64,000 nucleotides of DNA from an uncultured Deferribacteres bacterium (GCA_964543425.1 CAZIYL010000001.1:632-64631); one strand, 5' to 3'. Counted from the stretch's first letter, positions 37,418 to 48,419 are shown. The notes: a model not told the origin generated them from the sequence alone. Program-made: numbers and translations.

Positions 37418-40400
37418 TTAAGCGGCTTTTAGTGAAATCGTTCTAAAAATGTTTTCAATTTCCCGCAAGCGATTTTCATCGCTTTTATTAAGGGTGAATC
37501 TAAATCCAAATTTATCTCCTTTTAAGAATTTTATATTTTCGGGCGAATAGCTGAGGATTTTACCGACAATTTTTTGTAAAAGTTCCTGATTTCCTTCTTC
37601 ATTAAAAAGCTTATCCGAAAAAAAGGCTGTTAAAACGCCGTTTCGAATACGAACCTTCTCAAGTCCTATTTCGGCAGCTAGAATGCGAAGCTGTCGCATT
37701 TTAAATAGGGTGCGTGTTTCGGGGGGGATCGACCCAAATCGATCCCTTAATTCATCTTCGAGGTCCGCAAGCGCTTCTTGTGAATTAGCATCGGACAGCC
37801 GCCGGTAAATTCCTAATCGTTCCGAATCCGAAGGAATGTAATCTTTTGAAATAAACGCATCATAATCCGAATCGAATTCAACCTCAATTTTTTCCTCTTC
37901 TTTTTTCACCGGTTCTTCCAAAACATCTCGCTGCAATTTTTCAACGGTTTCTTCCAGGAAGCGCGTGTACATATCAAAACCAACGGCATTTACATAGCCG
38001 CTTTGCTGGGCCCCCAGCAGATTTCCGGCGCCGCGAATTTCCAGATCCTTCATAGCAATTTGAAGGCCCGAGCCCAACTCGACGAACTCCTCCAGAGTTT
38101 GCAGGCGCTGAAGTGCCGAGTCCGTAAGATACTTGACCGGAGGAACCAAAAAATAGGCGTACGCCTGCCTATTTGAACGCCCGACCCGTCCGCGAAGCTG
38201 GTACATTTGCGCAAGCCCAAATTTATCCGCTCGATTTACAATTAGCGTGTTCACATTGGGCAAATCCAGCCCCGACTCAATAATCATTGTGGACACCAGA
38301 CACTCAAACTCCCTATTCATAAATGCCAGCATCACATTTTCCAGCTCATGTCCCTTCATTTTCCCATGAGCCACCCTCACACGCACTTCCGGGACCAGTT
38401 TTTGAATCATCTCTGCCACGGCGGCAATGGACTGCACCCGATTGTGAACAAAAAACACCTGTCCTCCCCGGTGCACCTCGTTTAAAATAGCCTGTCGAAT
38501 CAGCCTTTTGTCGAATGGCATGACTTCGGTCATAATCGGAAGGCGATTTGCCGGAGAGGTTTCTATCGTCGACATATCCCTGGCACCCATAATTGAAAAA
38601 TGCAACGTGCGGGGAATAGGCGTTGCCGTAAGCGTAAGCACATCTACCAAATTGAATTTTTCCTTTAGGCGCTCCTTTTGCGCAACGCCAAACCGGTGTT
38701 CTTCGTCGATAATTAAAAGTCCTAAATCTTTAAAAAGAATGTCTTTTGAAAGAAGCCGATGGGTTCCGATCAAAATATCAACGGTTCCGCGGCTGACCTC
38801 CTCAATAATTTCCTGCTGCTCCTTTTTCGATTTGAACCGGGAAAGAAGGGCAGTTTTAATCGGAAATTTTTCCAGTCTCTCGCGAAAGGTGTTGTAATGC
38901 TGCTGAGCCAAAACTGTTGTGGGAACCAAAATAGCCACTTGTTTTCCATCAACGGCTGCTTTAAAGGCGGCACGAAGCGCTACCTCGGTTTTTCCAAACC
39001 CCACATCTCCGCAAACCAAACGATCCATTGGAATAGGAGATTCCATGTCCTGCTTAATTTCTTCAATTGTTTTGAGCTGATCCGGTGTTTCATTATAAAC
39101 AAAAGATGCCTCTAATTCCTTTTGCCACAAAGTGTCTTTAGAGAATTCAAACCCCCGTGAAGCCTTCCGCCAGGCGTAAATCGTAATCAGTCTATTGGCC
39201 ATTTCCTCAATGGCTTTTCGGGTACGATTCTTAATCCGTGCCCAATCCGTGCCTCCCAATTTGTTCAACTGGGGCTGGAACCCCTCACGACCGGTAAATT
39301 TTTTAACCCTGTACAGCTTATCGATGGGAACGTACAATTTATCCCCATTCCGATATTCTAATTGAAGCGTTTCCCTCTGGCTTCCCGCCACCTGAATACT
39401 GGACAACCCCATGAATCGCCCTACCCCAAAATCCTCGTGTACCACGTAATCTCCGGCCGCCAGTGTTTCCAAATTACGAATCGGAGTACCACCCCGATAT
39501 TTTCCCCATCGTTTTCGCCTGGGCGAGCGCCCGTAAATATCTTTTTCCGTGTAGAGAACAATTCCCGCTTCCGGAAAATAAAATCCATCGGAAATTAAAC
39601 CTTTTTTCAGATGAAGCGAATCCGTTGCAAGCAACGATTCCTCGAAGAGTTCTTTGAATCGTTCGATTTCAAACGTTTCTTCCAAAGAAATGAATATTTC
39701 CGGATTCCCGAATTTATTTGAATCCAAATACAGTTGAATCGATTCCCGGAGGCGCTTAATATTTCCCCGAAAGTTCTCGTGGGTTACAATCCGCGCATCG
39801 AGCGCATTTTCTTCTTGAGACAGAAATGTGTTTTGGATAACGATCTTTCCGGTCATATTCCGAAACAGCTCCGGCAAATCAAATAGCTTTTCCGAAGAAT
39901 TCCCTTCAATCGTTTCAGAAAGCAAATCGTCCGGTGAGGCGCTGCCCCCGGACAATGCTTTTTCGTACAACTCCGGCTGATCTAACAAAACAATTCCATC
40001 GTCTTGCAGATAGTGAAACAGCGACGCATTATCCGCCTTGCCGTCCTCACCGCTGTCGGGCTGCAGCAGCGTTATCGTGTTAATCAGTTTTGTCGATCGC
40101 TGGGTAACCACATCAAAATAGCGAATAGAATCCACAATATTGCCAAAGAACTCAACACGAACCGGATTTTTTTCCTCGTAGGGAAAAACATCGACAATCC
40201 CCCCCCTTACACTAAACTCTCCCACACCGCCAATCGTATCTACGCGCTCGTATCCAAAATCAAACAGATTTTGTACAAAAGACTCAAAACCAAATTCCCT
40301 TTTCACTTGAAGGCGGATTTGAGATCGCCGGAAATAATCCGGCGCGGGAATTTTTTCAGAAACCGCTTGTAGGGTTGTTACAAAGACAGAGCCGCTATCG

Positions 40401-40735
40401 TCAAGGAGCATTTCAAGCGCCCGCAAGCGCTGGCCCGTGATCTCAAATTGAATTTGTGAATAATGGGCGTTTCCACTTTGTGTTTCCGGATAATAATTAA
40501 CCTCATTTTTTCCCAAAAGGAATTGAAGATCGGTAAAAAGAATCTCGGCTCTCTGTGCGTTCGGAAGTATTATTAATAATTGTTTTTTAAGGTAGTTATG
40601 CAACAACAACACAAAAAAAGATAAAGAACTCCCCCGCAGCCCTTTTATTGAAAGGGGTTGTTCTTTTGAAATACCCGAGAGTGCATTTTTAAAAAATATG
40701 CTTTTTTGATATTTTTCTAAGAGACAATCAAACAC
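37418..40735 (-). CDS. mfd: Transcription-repair coupling factor
   Basis: 1105 aa, with UvrB-homology, RNAP-interaction and superfamily-2 helicase motifs (GDVGFGKTEVA, DEEHRFG) and a TRCF C-terminal domain. Confidence 0.9.
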   Translation of the reverse strand: MFDCLLEKYQKSIFFKNALSGISKEQPLSIKGLRGSSLSFFVLLLHNYLKKQLLIILPNAQRAEILFTDLQFLLGKNEVNYYPETQSGNAHYSQIQFEITGQRLRALEMLLDDSGSVFVTTLQAVSEKIPAPDYFRRSQIRLQVKREFGFESFVQNLFDFGYERVDTIGGVGEFSVRGGIVDVFPYEEKNPVRVEFFGNIVDSIRYFDVVTQRSTKLINTITLLQPDSGEDGKADNASLFHYLQDDGIVLLDQPELYEKALSGGSASPDDLLSETIEGNSSEKLFDLPELFRNMTGKIVIQNTFLSQEENALDARIVTHENFRGNIKRLRESIQLYLDSNKFGNPEIFISLEETFEIERFKELFEESLLATDSLHLKKGLISDGFYFPEAGIVLYTEKDIYGRSPRRKRWGKYRGGTPIRNLETLAAGDYVVHEDFGVGRFMGLSSIQVAGSQRETLQLEYRNGDKLYVPIDKLYRVKKFTGREGFQPQLNKLGGTDWARIKNRTRKAIEEMANRLITIYAWRKASRGFEFSKDTLWQKELEASFVYNETPDQLKTIEEIKQDMESPIPMDRLVCGDVGFGKTEVALRAAFKAAVDGKQVAILVPTTVLAQQHYNTFRERLEKFPIKTALLSRFKSKKEQQEIIEEVSRGTVDILIGTHRLLSKDILFKDLGLLIIDEEHRFGVAQKERLKEKFNLVDVLTLTATPIPRTLHFSIMGARDMSTIETSPANRLPIMTEVMPFDKRLIRQAILNEVHRGGQVFFVHNRVQSIAAVAEMIQKLVPEVRVRVAHGKMKGHELENVMLAFMNREFECLVSTMIIESGLDLPNVNTLIVNRADKFGLAQMYQLRGRVGRSNRQAYAYFLVPPVKYLTDSALQRLQTLEEFVELGSGLQIAMKDLEIRGAGNLLGAQQSGYVNAVGFDMYTRFLEETVEKLQRDVLEEPVKKEEEKIEVEFDSDYDAFISKDYIPSDSERLGIYRRLSDANSQEALADLEDELRDRFGSIPPETRTLFKMRQLRILAAEIGLEKVRIRNGVLTAFFSDKLFNEEGNQELLQKIVGKILSYSPENIKFLKGDKFGFRFTLNKSDENRLREIENIFRTISLKAA

Positions 40736-40756
40736 GAATAACTGCTTATTTTTATT

Positions 40757-41686
40757 TCAATTAACAAGATCTCCCTCAATCGCTTTCCGAACATGGCCGT
40801 CGGTACGCGCCAAACGTCTTTGCGCCTCTTTCATGGAAACATCTGCTTTAATCATGACAATTGCGGTTTTCACATGGCCTCCCGCTGCTTCCAAATATTT
40901 TGTGGCCGTGTCATAATCAACATCCGTAACAATCATTAGGGTTCGCTTCGATCGTTCAATTAACTTTTTGCTATTCATCTGAAGATCAACCATCATATTG
41001 CCGTAAACTTTCCCAAGTTTAATCATGGCTGCGGTCGTCAGCATGTTCAAAACCAATTTTGTGGCCGTACCCGCTTTCATTCGGGTTGATCCCATTACAA
41101 CCTCGGGGCCCACGACGGGACAAATGGCAACATCTACCGGCACATTCATTTGACTGCGCGGCGTACAGGTCAGATACAGGGTTTTGGCTCCAATCGAACG
41201 GGCATATTCAATCGCTCCGATTACGTAAGGTGTTCTCCGGCTTGCGGCAATTCCACACACCACATCCTTTGGGGTTAAGCCTCGTGCCTTCAAATCACGC
41301 CCGCCGTCCTCCTTGATATCCTCGGCGCCTTCCTGAGCCACAACAAGCGCTTTGTACCCCCCGGCAATAATTCCCTGCACTATTTCAGGATCCGCACCGT
41401 ATGTGGGCGGAATTTCGGAGGCATCCAGAACGCCAAGCCGGCCACTGGTTCCTGCCCCCACGTAAATCAAGTGCCCGCCATTTTTAAAAACCCCAACAAT
41501 AATTTCAACGGCCTGAGCAATGTAGGGAATTTCTTTTTCCACCGCCAAGGGGACTTTTTTATCCTCTTCATTAATAATTTTTAAAATTTCTTCCGTCGGT
41601 TTGGAATCAATATCCATTGAATTCGGATTTATTTGTTCCGTCGCAAGACTCGAAATTTCATCAAACAGGGCTTTTTCAGATTCCAA
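40757..41686 (-). CDS. murQ: N-acetylmuramic acid 6-phosphate etherase
   Basis: 309 aa with a SIS domain. It matches MurQ throughout (GAGTSGRLGVLDASE, catalytic Glu/Asp region). Confidence 0.9.
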   Translation of the reverse strand: MESEKALFDEISSLATEQINPNSMDIDSKPTEEILKIINEEDKKVPLAVEKEIPYIAQAVEIIVGVFKNGGHLIYVGAGTSGRLGVLDASEIPPTYGADPEIVQGIIAGGYKALVVAQEGAEDIKEDGGRDLKARGLTPKDVVCGIAASRRTPYVIGAIEYARSIGAKTLYLTCTPRSQMNVPVDVAICPVVGPEVVMGSTRMKAGTATKLVLNMLTTAAMIKLGKVYGNMMVDLQMNSKKLIERSKRTLMIVTDVDYDTATKYLEAAGGHVKTAIVMIKADVSMKEAQRRLARTDGHVRKAIEGDLVN

Positions 41687-41696
41687 CGGTCTCTCC

Positions 41697-42410
41697 TTAA
41701 TTTAAAAATTCAACATCCACAATTTTCCTTTCCGGTACCGATTGCGCGTCCGTAATAAAATCTATTAAATAATCATAAATTTTCAATCTTATTTTTTTCA
41801 TTTGAACCAATTTTTTAATCGGCTTTATTTCGTCGGAAAGATCGCCCCCCTTAATTAAGAACAAATGCCCGCCAGGCACGAAAAAAGGGCGCGTCCATTT
41901 AATCAGATTGGTCAGCCTGGAAACCGCCCGCGCCGTGCCAAAACAAAATCGTTCGCGATACTCCTTCTGTCTCGACAAAACCTCCGCCCGTTCCCTTAAC
42001 ACAATTGTGGACGTAAATTCCAATTTCTCAACAACTTCTTCCAAAAACAGCGCCTTTTTTGCAATGGATTCCACCAAAGTAAGTCTCATCTCCGGAAACA
42101 TGATTTTCATGGGAATTCCGGGAAAACCGGCTCCCGAACCGACATCAACCCACCTTCCACTCGGCCGGATATTCAAAACCCCTGGCCAGCCGACGGACTC
42201 CAGAACATGCCTGGCCGCCAGACGATTAATGTCATTTTTAGAAAAGAGGTTTATCTTTCGGTTTTCCAACCAAAGCAGGGAAAGATACGTTGAGAAGAGC
42301 GTCTTCTGTTTGTCGTCAACCGCAAGTCCCAATTGTTCCAACCCAAACCACAATTCCTGAAGCTGGCCGGACAACCATTCCTGTGAAGGAGACTGTTCCA
42401 CGTGAAACAT
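41697..42410 (-). CDS. rsmG: 16S rRNA (guanine527-N7)-methyltransferase
   Basis: 237 aa with the SAM-binding DVGSGAGFPGIP motif. Its start overlaps the mnmG stop. Confidence 0.85.
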   Translation of the reverse strand: MFHVEQSPSQEWLSGQLQELWFGLEQLGLAVDDKQKTLFSTYLSLLWLENRKINLFSKNDINRLAARHVLESVGWPGVLNIRPSGRWVDVGSGAGFPGIPMKIMFPEMRLTLVESIAKKALFLEEVVEKLEFTSTIVLRERAEVLSRQKEYRERFCFGTARAVSRLTNLIKWTRPFFVPGGHLFLIKGGDLSDEIKPIKKLVQMKKIRLKIYDYLIDFITDAQSVPERKIVDVEFLN

Positions 42411-44350
42411 TATTTCCCTGAAGCCGCGAGTCGTTCGCGATGAGACAGGAACACCATCAGAACCGAAACATCCGAAACAGAAACCCCTGAAATTCTGGAT
42501 GCCTGCCCAATTGATCGCGGACGGATTTTCTTTAGTTTCTCCCGACCCTCTGACGACAAAGACGATATGGCATCATAATTAAAATCATTCGGAAGCCGCC
42601 TGCTTTCCATTCGCCGATATTTTTCGATTTGTTTTTGCTGTCGCTGAATGTAACCCTCATATTTTACATCGATCTCAACCTGCTCCAGAGCCCCTTTTCC
42701 AACTTGACTATCAACGGGCATATTTTTCAACCAGGGCAAAAAATCAGCAACAGAAACTTCCGGCCTTTTTAGATAGTGATACAAGGAATCGACTTTACTT
42801 GAAGGCTGGCTCCCCCGCCTCCGAAGAATCGGATTGATCTCTTCAGGAGAGACCTTTTTACTTTTTAAAAACGCCATTATTTCCTGAATAAGGTTTCGTT
42901 CGGCTACCATTTTTTCATAAACACCCCTGGGAAGAAGGCCATATTTCCGGCCATATTCCATCAACCGCAAATCGGCATTATCCTGTCGCAAAACAAGTCT
43001 ATATTCTGCCCGAGAGGTGAACATCCGGTACGGTTCGTTGGTCCCCTTTGTTACCAGATCATCAATAAGAACACCGGTGTACGCCTCGGATCGATCCAAA
43101 ATAAACGGCTCTTCATTCCTGATATTCAGAACGGCATTAATTCCAGCCATTGCTCCCTGGGCTGCGGCCTCCTCGTAGCCGGAGGTTCCATTAATTTGAC
43201 CCGCAAAAAAAAGATTCTTAACGAGTTTTGTTTCCAGATTCGGTTTTAATTGGGTCGGTGGAAAGAAATCATACTCAATTGCGTAACCGAGTCGTGTAAT
43301 TTCCACTTTTTCAAGACCGGGAATGGTGCGAATGGCCTGAATTTGTACATCTTCCGGCAGGCTGGTGGCAAAGCCGTTTACGTACATTTCAGAGGTGTCC
43401 CTGCCCTCAGGCTCCAAAAAAATTTGATGATGCTCCTTGTCGCTAAACCGCACAATTTTATCTTCGATTGACGGGCAATATCGCGGTCCTACACCATGAA
43501 TCATTCCTGTATACAGTGGTGAGCGATCCAACCCAGCGCCAAGCACCAGATGGGTTTTAGGGTTAGTGTAGGTCAAATAGCAGGATACTTGCTCAACATC
43601 CAATTTCAGGGTTTGATATGAAAACGCAACAGGTGTTTCGTCTCCCGGTTGGGCCGTTGTTTTTGAAAAATCTACCGTTCGACCATCAATTCTCGGCGGC
43701 GTTCCGGTTTTTAGTCGGCCTGACTCAAAACCAAGCGCGACGAGGTCTTCTGTAATTCCCCGCGATGGAAACTCCCCGGCACGTCCCGCATTCATTGCCT
43801 GAAGTCCGATAAAAATCTTTCCATTTAAAAACGTGCCTGCAGTTAATATCACCGCCCTCCCATGGATTTCTGTTCCCGTCTGAACCTTAACGCCCTTTAT
43901 TTCATTATTTTCTACCACAAGTCCCGTAACCGGCAATTGCTTAATATCTAAGTTTTGTTGGCGTTCCAACGCAAGGCGCATTTCCCAGGAATACGCCAGC
44001 CGATCCGTCTGTGCTCGTGGCGACCAAACGGCAGGGCCCTTTGAGCGATTGAGCATTCTAAACTGAATACCGGTTTTATCGGTTACTTTCGCCATTTCGC
44101 CACCAAGAGCATCAACTTCTTTTACAAGATGCCCCTTTGCAAGTCCGCCAATCGCCGGATTACAGGACATTTGCGCAATGGTAAAAATATTCATGGTAAG
44201 CAAGAGGGTCTTCCCACCCATTCTTGCAGAAGCCAGCGCTGCTTCACACCCCGCGTGTCCCGCACCCACAACAATAACATCATAATCGCCGTAGAGGCTG
44301 CCCGCGGATTGTTTCACGTGGAACAATATATTATTCTTATTGTTTGTCAT
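42410..44350 (-). CDS. mnmG: tRNA uridine-5-carboxymethylaminomethyl modification enzyme MnmG (GidA)
   Basis: Has the FAD motif YDVIVVGAGHAGCEAA and an overall GidA match. The ATG at 44350 gives an ATGA overlap with the mnmE stop. The ORF track's 44362 start is probably 4 codons too long. Confidence 0.9.
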   Translation of the reverse strand: MTNNKNNILFHVKQSAGSLYGDYDVIVVGAGHAGCEAALASARMGGKTLLLTMNIFTIAQMSCNPAIGGLAKGHLVKEVDALGGEMAKVTDKTGIQFRMLNRSKGPAVWSPRAQTDRLAYSWEMRLALERQQNLDIKQLPVTGLVVENNEIKGVKVQTGTEIHGRAVILTAGTFLNGKIFIGLQAMNAGRAGEFPSRGITEDLVALGFESGRLKTGTPPRIDGRTVDFSKTTAQPGDETPVAFSYQTLKLDVEQVSCYLTYTNPKTHLVLGAGLDRSPLYTGMIHGVGPRYCPSIEDKIVRFSDKEHHQIFLEPEGRDTSEMYVNGFATSLPEDVQIQAIRTIPGLEKVEITRLGYAIEYDFFPPTQLKPNLETKLVKNLFFAGQINGTSGYEEAAAQGAMAGINAVLNIRNEEPFILDRSEAYTGVLIDDLVTKGTNEPYRMFTSRAEYRLVLRQDNADLRLMEYGRKYGLLPRGVYEKMVAERNLIQEIMAFLKSKKVSPEEINPILRRRGSQPSSKVDSLYHYLKRPEVSVADFLPWLKNMPVDSQVGKGALEQVEIDVKYEGYIQRQQKQIEKYRRMESRRLPNDFNYDAISSLSSEGREKLKKIRPRSIGQASRISGVSVSDVSVLMVFLSHRERLAASGK

Positions 44351-45744
44351 TTTCCAATACAAAATCTGTTAAAAATATGATTCAAAACATCATCCGGCGA
44401 AGTTTCACCCACAATCTCGCCAAGGGCGTTTAGCGCCTCACGAATGTCCACGGCAACGAAATCACCACTCATTTCCTTTTTGATTGTTTGCCGGGCATCT
44501 TCCAGCGCTGAAATCGTTTTCCTCATCGCTTCAACATGACGCACATTCGTAAGAACCACTTCTTCATTGCTCAGATTTTCATCGGCTAAAATCTGCTTTT
44601 CAATCGCCTCATAAAAATCACTCAACCCCTCACCGGTCTTGGCTGAAATCCTAATTGGTGATAATTGTCGAATGTTTTCAGGTACCTCCGAATTTACTTG
44701 GTTCTTTTTCAGGTCTATTTTATTTTCAACAATTAGAATCACAGCCCTGTTTTTTTCTCGGGCATCCACAATCTTTTCCCATACAAAATCATCCTCCGGT
44801 TTCCATCCGCAAGAAGCGTCAAACAGAAAAACCACCAAATCCGCGACTTCTAAGTGAAATTGGGCAATTTGAATTCCCTTTGCTTCAACGCGATTGTGCG
44901 GCTCTCTGAGTCCCGCCGTGTCAATAATTCGAAACAAAACACCCTTGATGTCCAGTTGAGCCTCCAGTGCATCACGCGTGGTTCCCGGTGTAGAATCCAC
45001 AATCGCACGGTCACTCCCGAGTAATTGGTTTAGCAGGCTCGACTTTCCCACATTTGGACACCCGACAATCGTCATTTTAACACCGTTGTGCAAAAAACGT
45101 CCCTTTTGGTAGGAAGAAATTATTTTCTCCAAGACATCCATAACCGAATCCATGCGAGATAAAATGTCCCCCTTCGGGGTAAGCTCAATATCTTCTTCGG
45201 AAAAATCCAATCCCAATTCAAGTAATCCCAATATATCGATGAGTTCATTTTGAAGGGCTTGAACCCTTTTTAATAGATTACCCGAGAGCTGCTGATAGGA
45301 TACCCGAAGGCTTTTTTGCGTTTGAGCCTGAATAATATCTCCCACTGCCTCTGCCTGAGAAAGATCCAGTTTTCCATTCAAAAATGCGCGTTTTGTAAAT
45401 TCACCCGGCTCCGCCATGCGTGCTCCGGCACGAAGTGTTGCCTGCAACACCTTTTGTGTTACAAAAATTCCACCATGGCAACTGATTTCCACCACATCTT
45501 CTCCTGTAAAAGAATGCGGTGCACGAAAAACCGTAGCTACACCCCGGTCAATGGGCTGATGCGATTCGGGTTCTACAATAGTTCCTACATGAACCGTATG
45601 AGTTGCTGCATCTCCAAGAGAAATGCTTCCTTTAAAAATCTTATCTGAAACGGAAAGCGCCCTTTCTCCGCTGATCCGGATAACAGAAATCCCCCCTGTA
45701 CCAACCGGGGTGGAAATGGCTGAAATTGTTTCTGCTTTTTCCAT
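44347..45744 (-). CDS. mnmE: tRNA modification GTPase MnmE (TrmE)
   Basis: 465 aa with an N-terminal THF-binding domain, a G-domain (GCPNVGKSSLLN, DTAGLRE) and the C-terminal CIGK. Confidence 0.9.
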   Translation of the reverse strand: MEKAETISAISTPVGTGGISVIRISGERALSVSDKIFKGSISLGDAATHTVHVGTIVEPESHQPIDRGVATVFRAPHSFTGEDVVEISCHGGIFVTQKVLQATLRAGARMAEPGEFTKRAFLNGKLDLSQAEAVGDIIQAQTQKSLRVSYQQLSGNLLKRVQALQNELIDILGLLELGLDFSEEDIELTPKGDILSRMDSVMDVLEKIISSYQKGRFLHNGVKMTIVGCPNVGKSSLLNQLLGSDRAIVDSTPGTTRDALEAQLDIKGVLFRIIDTAGLREPHNRVEAKGIQIAQFHLEVADLVVFLFDASCGWKPEDDFVWEKIVDAREKNRAVILIVENKIDLKKNQVNSEVPENIRQLSPIRISAKTGEGLSDFYEAIEKQILADENLSNEEVVLTNVRHVEAMRKTISALEDARQTIKKEMSGDFVAVDIREALNALGEIVGETSPDDVLNHIFNRFCIGK

Positions 45745-45790
45745 AAATAAAAACAGCCCTACCAGAGATTTTGGCAGGGCTGGTAGTTAT
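45745..45790 (-). terminator. Rho-independent terminator after yidC
   Basis: On the minus strand, CTACCAGCCCTgccaaaatctCTGGTAGGGCTG is followed by TTTTTATTT. Confidence 0.6.
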
Positions 45791-45800
45791 CAAATAAATT

Positions 45801-47627
45801 CTACTTCTTTTTCCGAAAACTTCTCTGTTTGTTTGCTTTCTTTTCTACAGGTTTAATTTCCAACTTGTCCGTCTTAACAAAATACTGCTGAGCAATGGTG
45901 AGAATATTAAACAACGTGTAGTACAGGTTCAAACCCGACGGAAAAGAATTAAAGAGCAAAACAAAGAATATCGGCATTAAATACGTTAGAGATTTCTGTT
46001 TTGGGTCCTGCGTTGTCATTTTTTGCTGAAAGTACATAGTAAAGCCCATGATAATGGGCAAAACATTAATGGTGTTTCCATACATTGGAATTGTGAATGG
46101 CAACGACGCAACAGTATCCGGCATGGATAAATCCTTAATCCACCACAGGAATGGAGCACCCCGGAGCTCAATTGTCGATCGAAAGACAATAAACAACCCC
46201 ACAAGCAGAGGCATTTGCAAAAGGGTTGGTAAACACCCGCCCACTGGGTTAACCCCATACTCCTTGTAAAGCTTCATGGTCTCTTTATTCATCCGCTGGG
46301 GATCATCTTTGTATTTTTCTTTTATTTCTGCCATTAACGGTTGAACAAGCTGCATTTTTTTCATTGAAACATAACTCTTATGCGTTAATGGATACACAAT
46401 CATTTTTATAAGTATTGAAAAAACAATGATCACCCAACCAAAGTTCGGAATAAATCTATGGAGGAATTTAAACGAAACCAAGATCGCAATGCTGAAGGGA
46501 CGAAAAAGCCGCTCGTACCACCCCGACGACATAATGACTTTATCCAGCTTAACGCCTAATTTCCGGACGCTCTTATATTCCAAAGGCCCGATATAAACAG
46601 TAAATGTATCCTTTGTCACGGTACCGCTGTTTAAGGGTATTTCAATGGTCATTGAGTAACGCTTTATGACATTTTTCTTTTCCGCACGTATTCCCCTTCC
46701 TTCTACAATTACTCCCCTTCCCGGCTTTTCTTTTGAAATAATTGCAGACGTAAAGTATTTTGTTCGTACGGCTGCCCAGACAACAGAACCCATTATTTTT
46801 TTCTTTTTATATTCCGGTTTGTTTCCAATTGCAAATTCATCGAGTTCTTTGCCCAGCATGGAATAGACTTTGGAGTACCCCTCGTCATCCCGAAGGCGTT
46901 TCTCCGTGGGATTTAAACCCGATTTCCAGGTTACATAATAACTATTATTTTCAACCCAGGAATCAAATCCTTTTAGATCGACAACAAAATCAATATTATA
47001 CTTATCTTTATAAAAAATAAACTTTTTTATAATTTCCCTGCCATTTTTAAAAGAAAGTCGAGCCAGAACCGTTGCAATTGGGTTTCTTTCATTAACGACA
47101 ACAAGGGAGTCTCCTGAACTTTTTTTCTGAATCTCTAAAGTGTAATTTATGTTGCCAAAGTCAACCGTGTCATTGTTGACAAAAAACTGAAGACCAAGAT
47201 TATCATATCCTTTAGCCGATATTAATTGGACGAGTTTGCCGTTATATGTCGTATATTCCTTTAATTTCCAATTTGTTATGGTCGCACCTTTTGAGGATAT
47301 TTTGGCTTGATACAGAGGAGTTTCTACGGTAATTGTTTTTGCTTTTTCCTCAATGGCACTTTTTGGTAATAATTCTTTTAATTGATTATTTTCTTTTTTG
47401 GTAACGGAAAGTTTTACCCGTTGATTCTTTTTTATGGGCGGAGCCACCTCCGATTTAATTGCCCTTGTTTGTTCCGGTTTGTAGGTTTTCCTCAATGTAT
47501 CTTCAACAACCCGGCCCTGCCGCGGCGATTGAGATTTTGGCATTACCAATTTTTTATAATAAGAGGTTTGAGTAAAAATCAAAACAATTCCAATTAAAAC
47601 AAATGCAATTATCGTATCTCTATTCAT
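45801..47627 (-). CDS. yidC: Membrane protein insertase YidC
   Basis: 608 aa with an N-terminal TM, a large periplasmic domain and a C-terminal 5-TM Oxa1 core. It ends in a basic tail. Confidence 0.9.
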   Translation of the reverse strand: MNRDTIIAFVLIGIVLIFTQTSYYKKLVMPKSQSPRQGRVVEDTLRKTYKPEQTRAIKSEVAPPIKKNQRVKLSVTKKENNQLKELLPKSAIEEKAKTITVETPLYQAKISSKGATITNWKLKEYTTYNGKLVQLISAKGYDNLGLQFFVNNDTVDFGNINYTLEIQKKSSGDSLVVVNERNPIATVLARLSFKNGREIIKKFIFYKDKYNIDFVVDLKGFDSWVENNSYYVTWKSGLNPTEKRLRDDEGYSKVYSMLGKELDEFAIGNKPEYKKKKIMGSVVWAAVRTKYFTSAIISKEKPGRGVIVEGRGIRAEKKNVIKRYSMTIEIPLNSGTVTKDTFTVYIGPLEYKSVRKLGVKLDKVIMSSGWYERLFRPFSIAILVSFKFLHRFIPNFGWVIIVFSILIKMIVYPLTHKSYVSMKKMQLVQPLMAEIKEKYKDDPQRMNKETMKLYKEYGVNPVGGCLPTLLQMPLLVGLFIVFRSTIELRGAPFLWWIKDLSMPDTVASLPFTIPMYGNTINVLPIIMGFTMYFQQKMTTQDPKQKSLTYLMPIFFVLLFNSFPSGLNLYYTLFNILTIAQQYFVKTDKLEIKPVEKKANKQRSFRKKK

Positions 47628-47675
47628 GGTTATCCTAACTTTTCACATATAAATATTTATTCTATTTTTGATCCT

Positions 47676-47888
47676 TTATGGCAGCCGGTCATATCCCCCC
47701 TTATTGAAAGGATTGCATCTCAAGATTCGCCAAACAGATAAATAGGTTGCCTTAAAAAAGTTGTACTTTGTGTATGCTTCAATGCTATACGTTGAACATG
47801 TGGGATAAAATCTACAAGAAGGGGGGAAAAACGGTGAAATGAGCATCTTATATAATTTAATCAAAACGATTACGACTTTTCTTAACAT
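47676..47888 (-). CDS. yidD: Membrane protein insertion efficiency factor YidD
   Basis: 70 aa. [22 protein letters not shown] is the signature YidD motif. Confidence 0.85.
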   Translation of the reverse strand: MLRKVVIVLIKLYKMLISPFFPPSCRFYPTCSTYSIEAYTKYNFFKATYLSVWRILRCNPFNKGGYDRLP

Positions 47889-47903
47889 TTTCCAATAATT
47901 CCT

Positions 47904-48221
47904 TTAAATCTGAAATCTCATGGCATAAACTCCAATATGTAGGCAATAATTCCCCTGTTTTGCGTACGTAAAAAACAACTTTTTTTTTTCAAACCACACC
48001 TTATTATTCCGATAGATTTCTCGAATATATCGCTTTATACGATTTCGCTCAACAGCTTTTCTAAATTTTCGACTGACCGCAACCCCCATTTTCGGTTTCT
48101 CGGATGAAACAATAAAAAGAGTTACTGTCCTTCCTTTTATCTTTTTTCCATTTCTAAATATTTTGTCGAAAGCCGACACCCCCCGAATGATTTCCTGTTT
48201 TTTTAAGGTCTTAACCGGCAT
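47904..48221 (-). CDS. rnpA: Ribonuclease P protein component
   Basis: 105 aa, basic, with the RNR-like motif AVERNRIKRYIRE. Confidence 0.85.
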   Translation of the reverse strand: MPVKTLKKQEIIRGVSAFDKIFRNGKKIKGRTVTLFIVSSEKPKMGVAVSRKFRKAVERNRIKRYIREIYRNNKVWFEKKKLFFTYAKQGNYCLHIGVYAMRFQI

Positions 48222-48254
48222 GAGCGGTAATTTTCTTCTATAAAATAATGATAA

Positions 48255-48263
48255 TGTGGATAA
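48255..48263. promoter_or_regulatory. Consensus DnaA box (TGTGGATAA) at the rpmH 3' end
   Basis: An exact reverse-complement match to TTATCCACA. Confidence 0.5.
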
Positions 48264-48419
48264 CTATTTTGTCGTATATTCATTACTAACCGTTAGTTTT
48301 TTCCGACTCTTCAAACGCCGCCGCCGTAAGACATCCCGCCCGGCTACAGAAGACATTCTTTCCATAAATCCGTGTTTGTTTCGGCGCTTTCTATTGCTGG
48401 GTTGAAACGTTCGTTTCAT
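48264..48419 (-). CDS. rpmH: 50S ribosomal protein L34
   Basis: Not in the ORF track (<60 aa). The minus-strand translation [51 protein letters not shown] is preceded by GAAAGGAGAATTTTAA-ATG. Confidence 0.85.
   Translation of the reverse strand: MKRTFQPSNRKRRNKHGFMERMSSVAGRDVLRRRRLKSRKKLTVSNEYTTK

Noticed and set aside
42391-44318. A 16-mer TGTTTCACGTGGAACA (near-palindromic, CACGTG core) occurs at 44303-44318 in the mnmG N-terminus and as its reverse complement at 42391-42406 at the rsmG start. Both encode FHV(E/K)Q.
   Set aside because: About 1 exact 16-mer coincidence is expected by chance in 64 kb on two strands. Both copies are inside coding sequence. I treat it as coincidence unless it recurs genome-wide.
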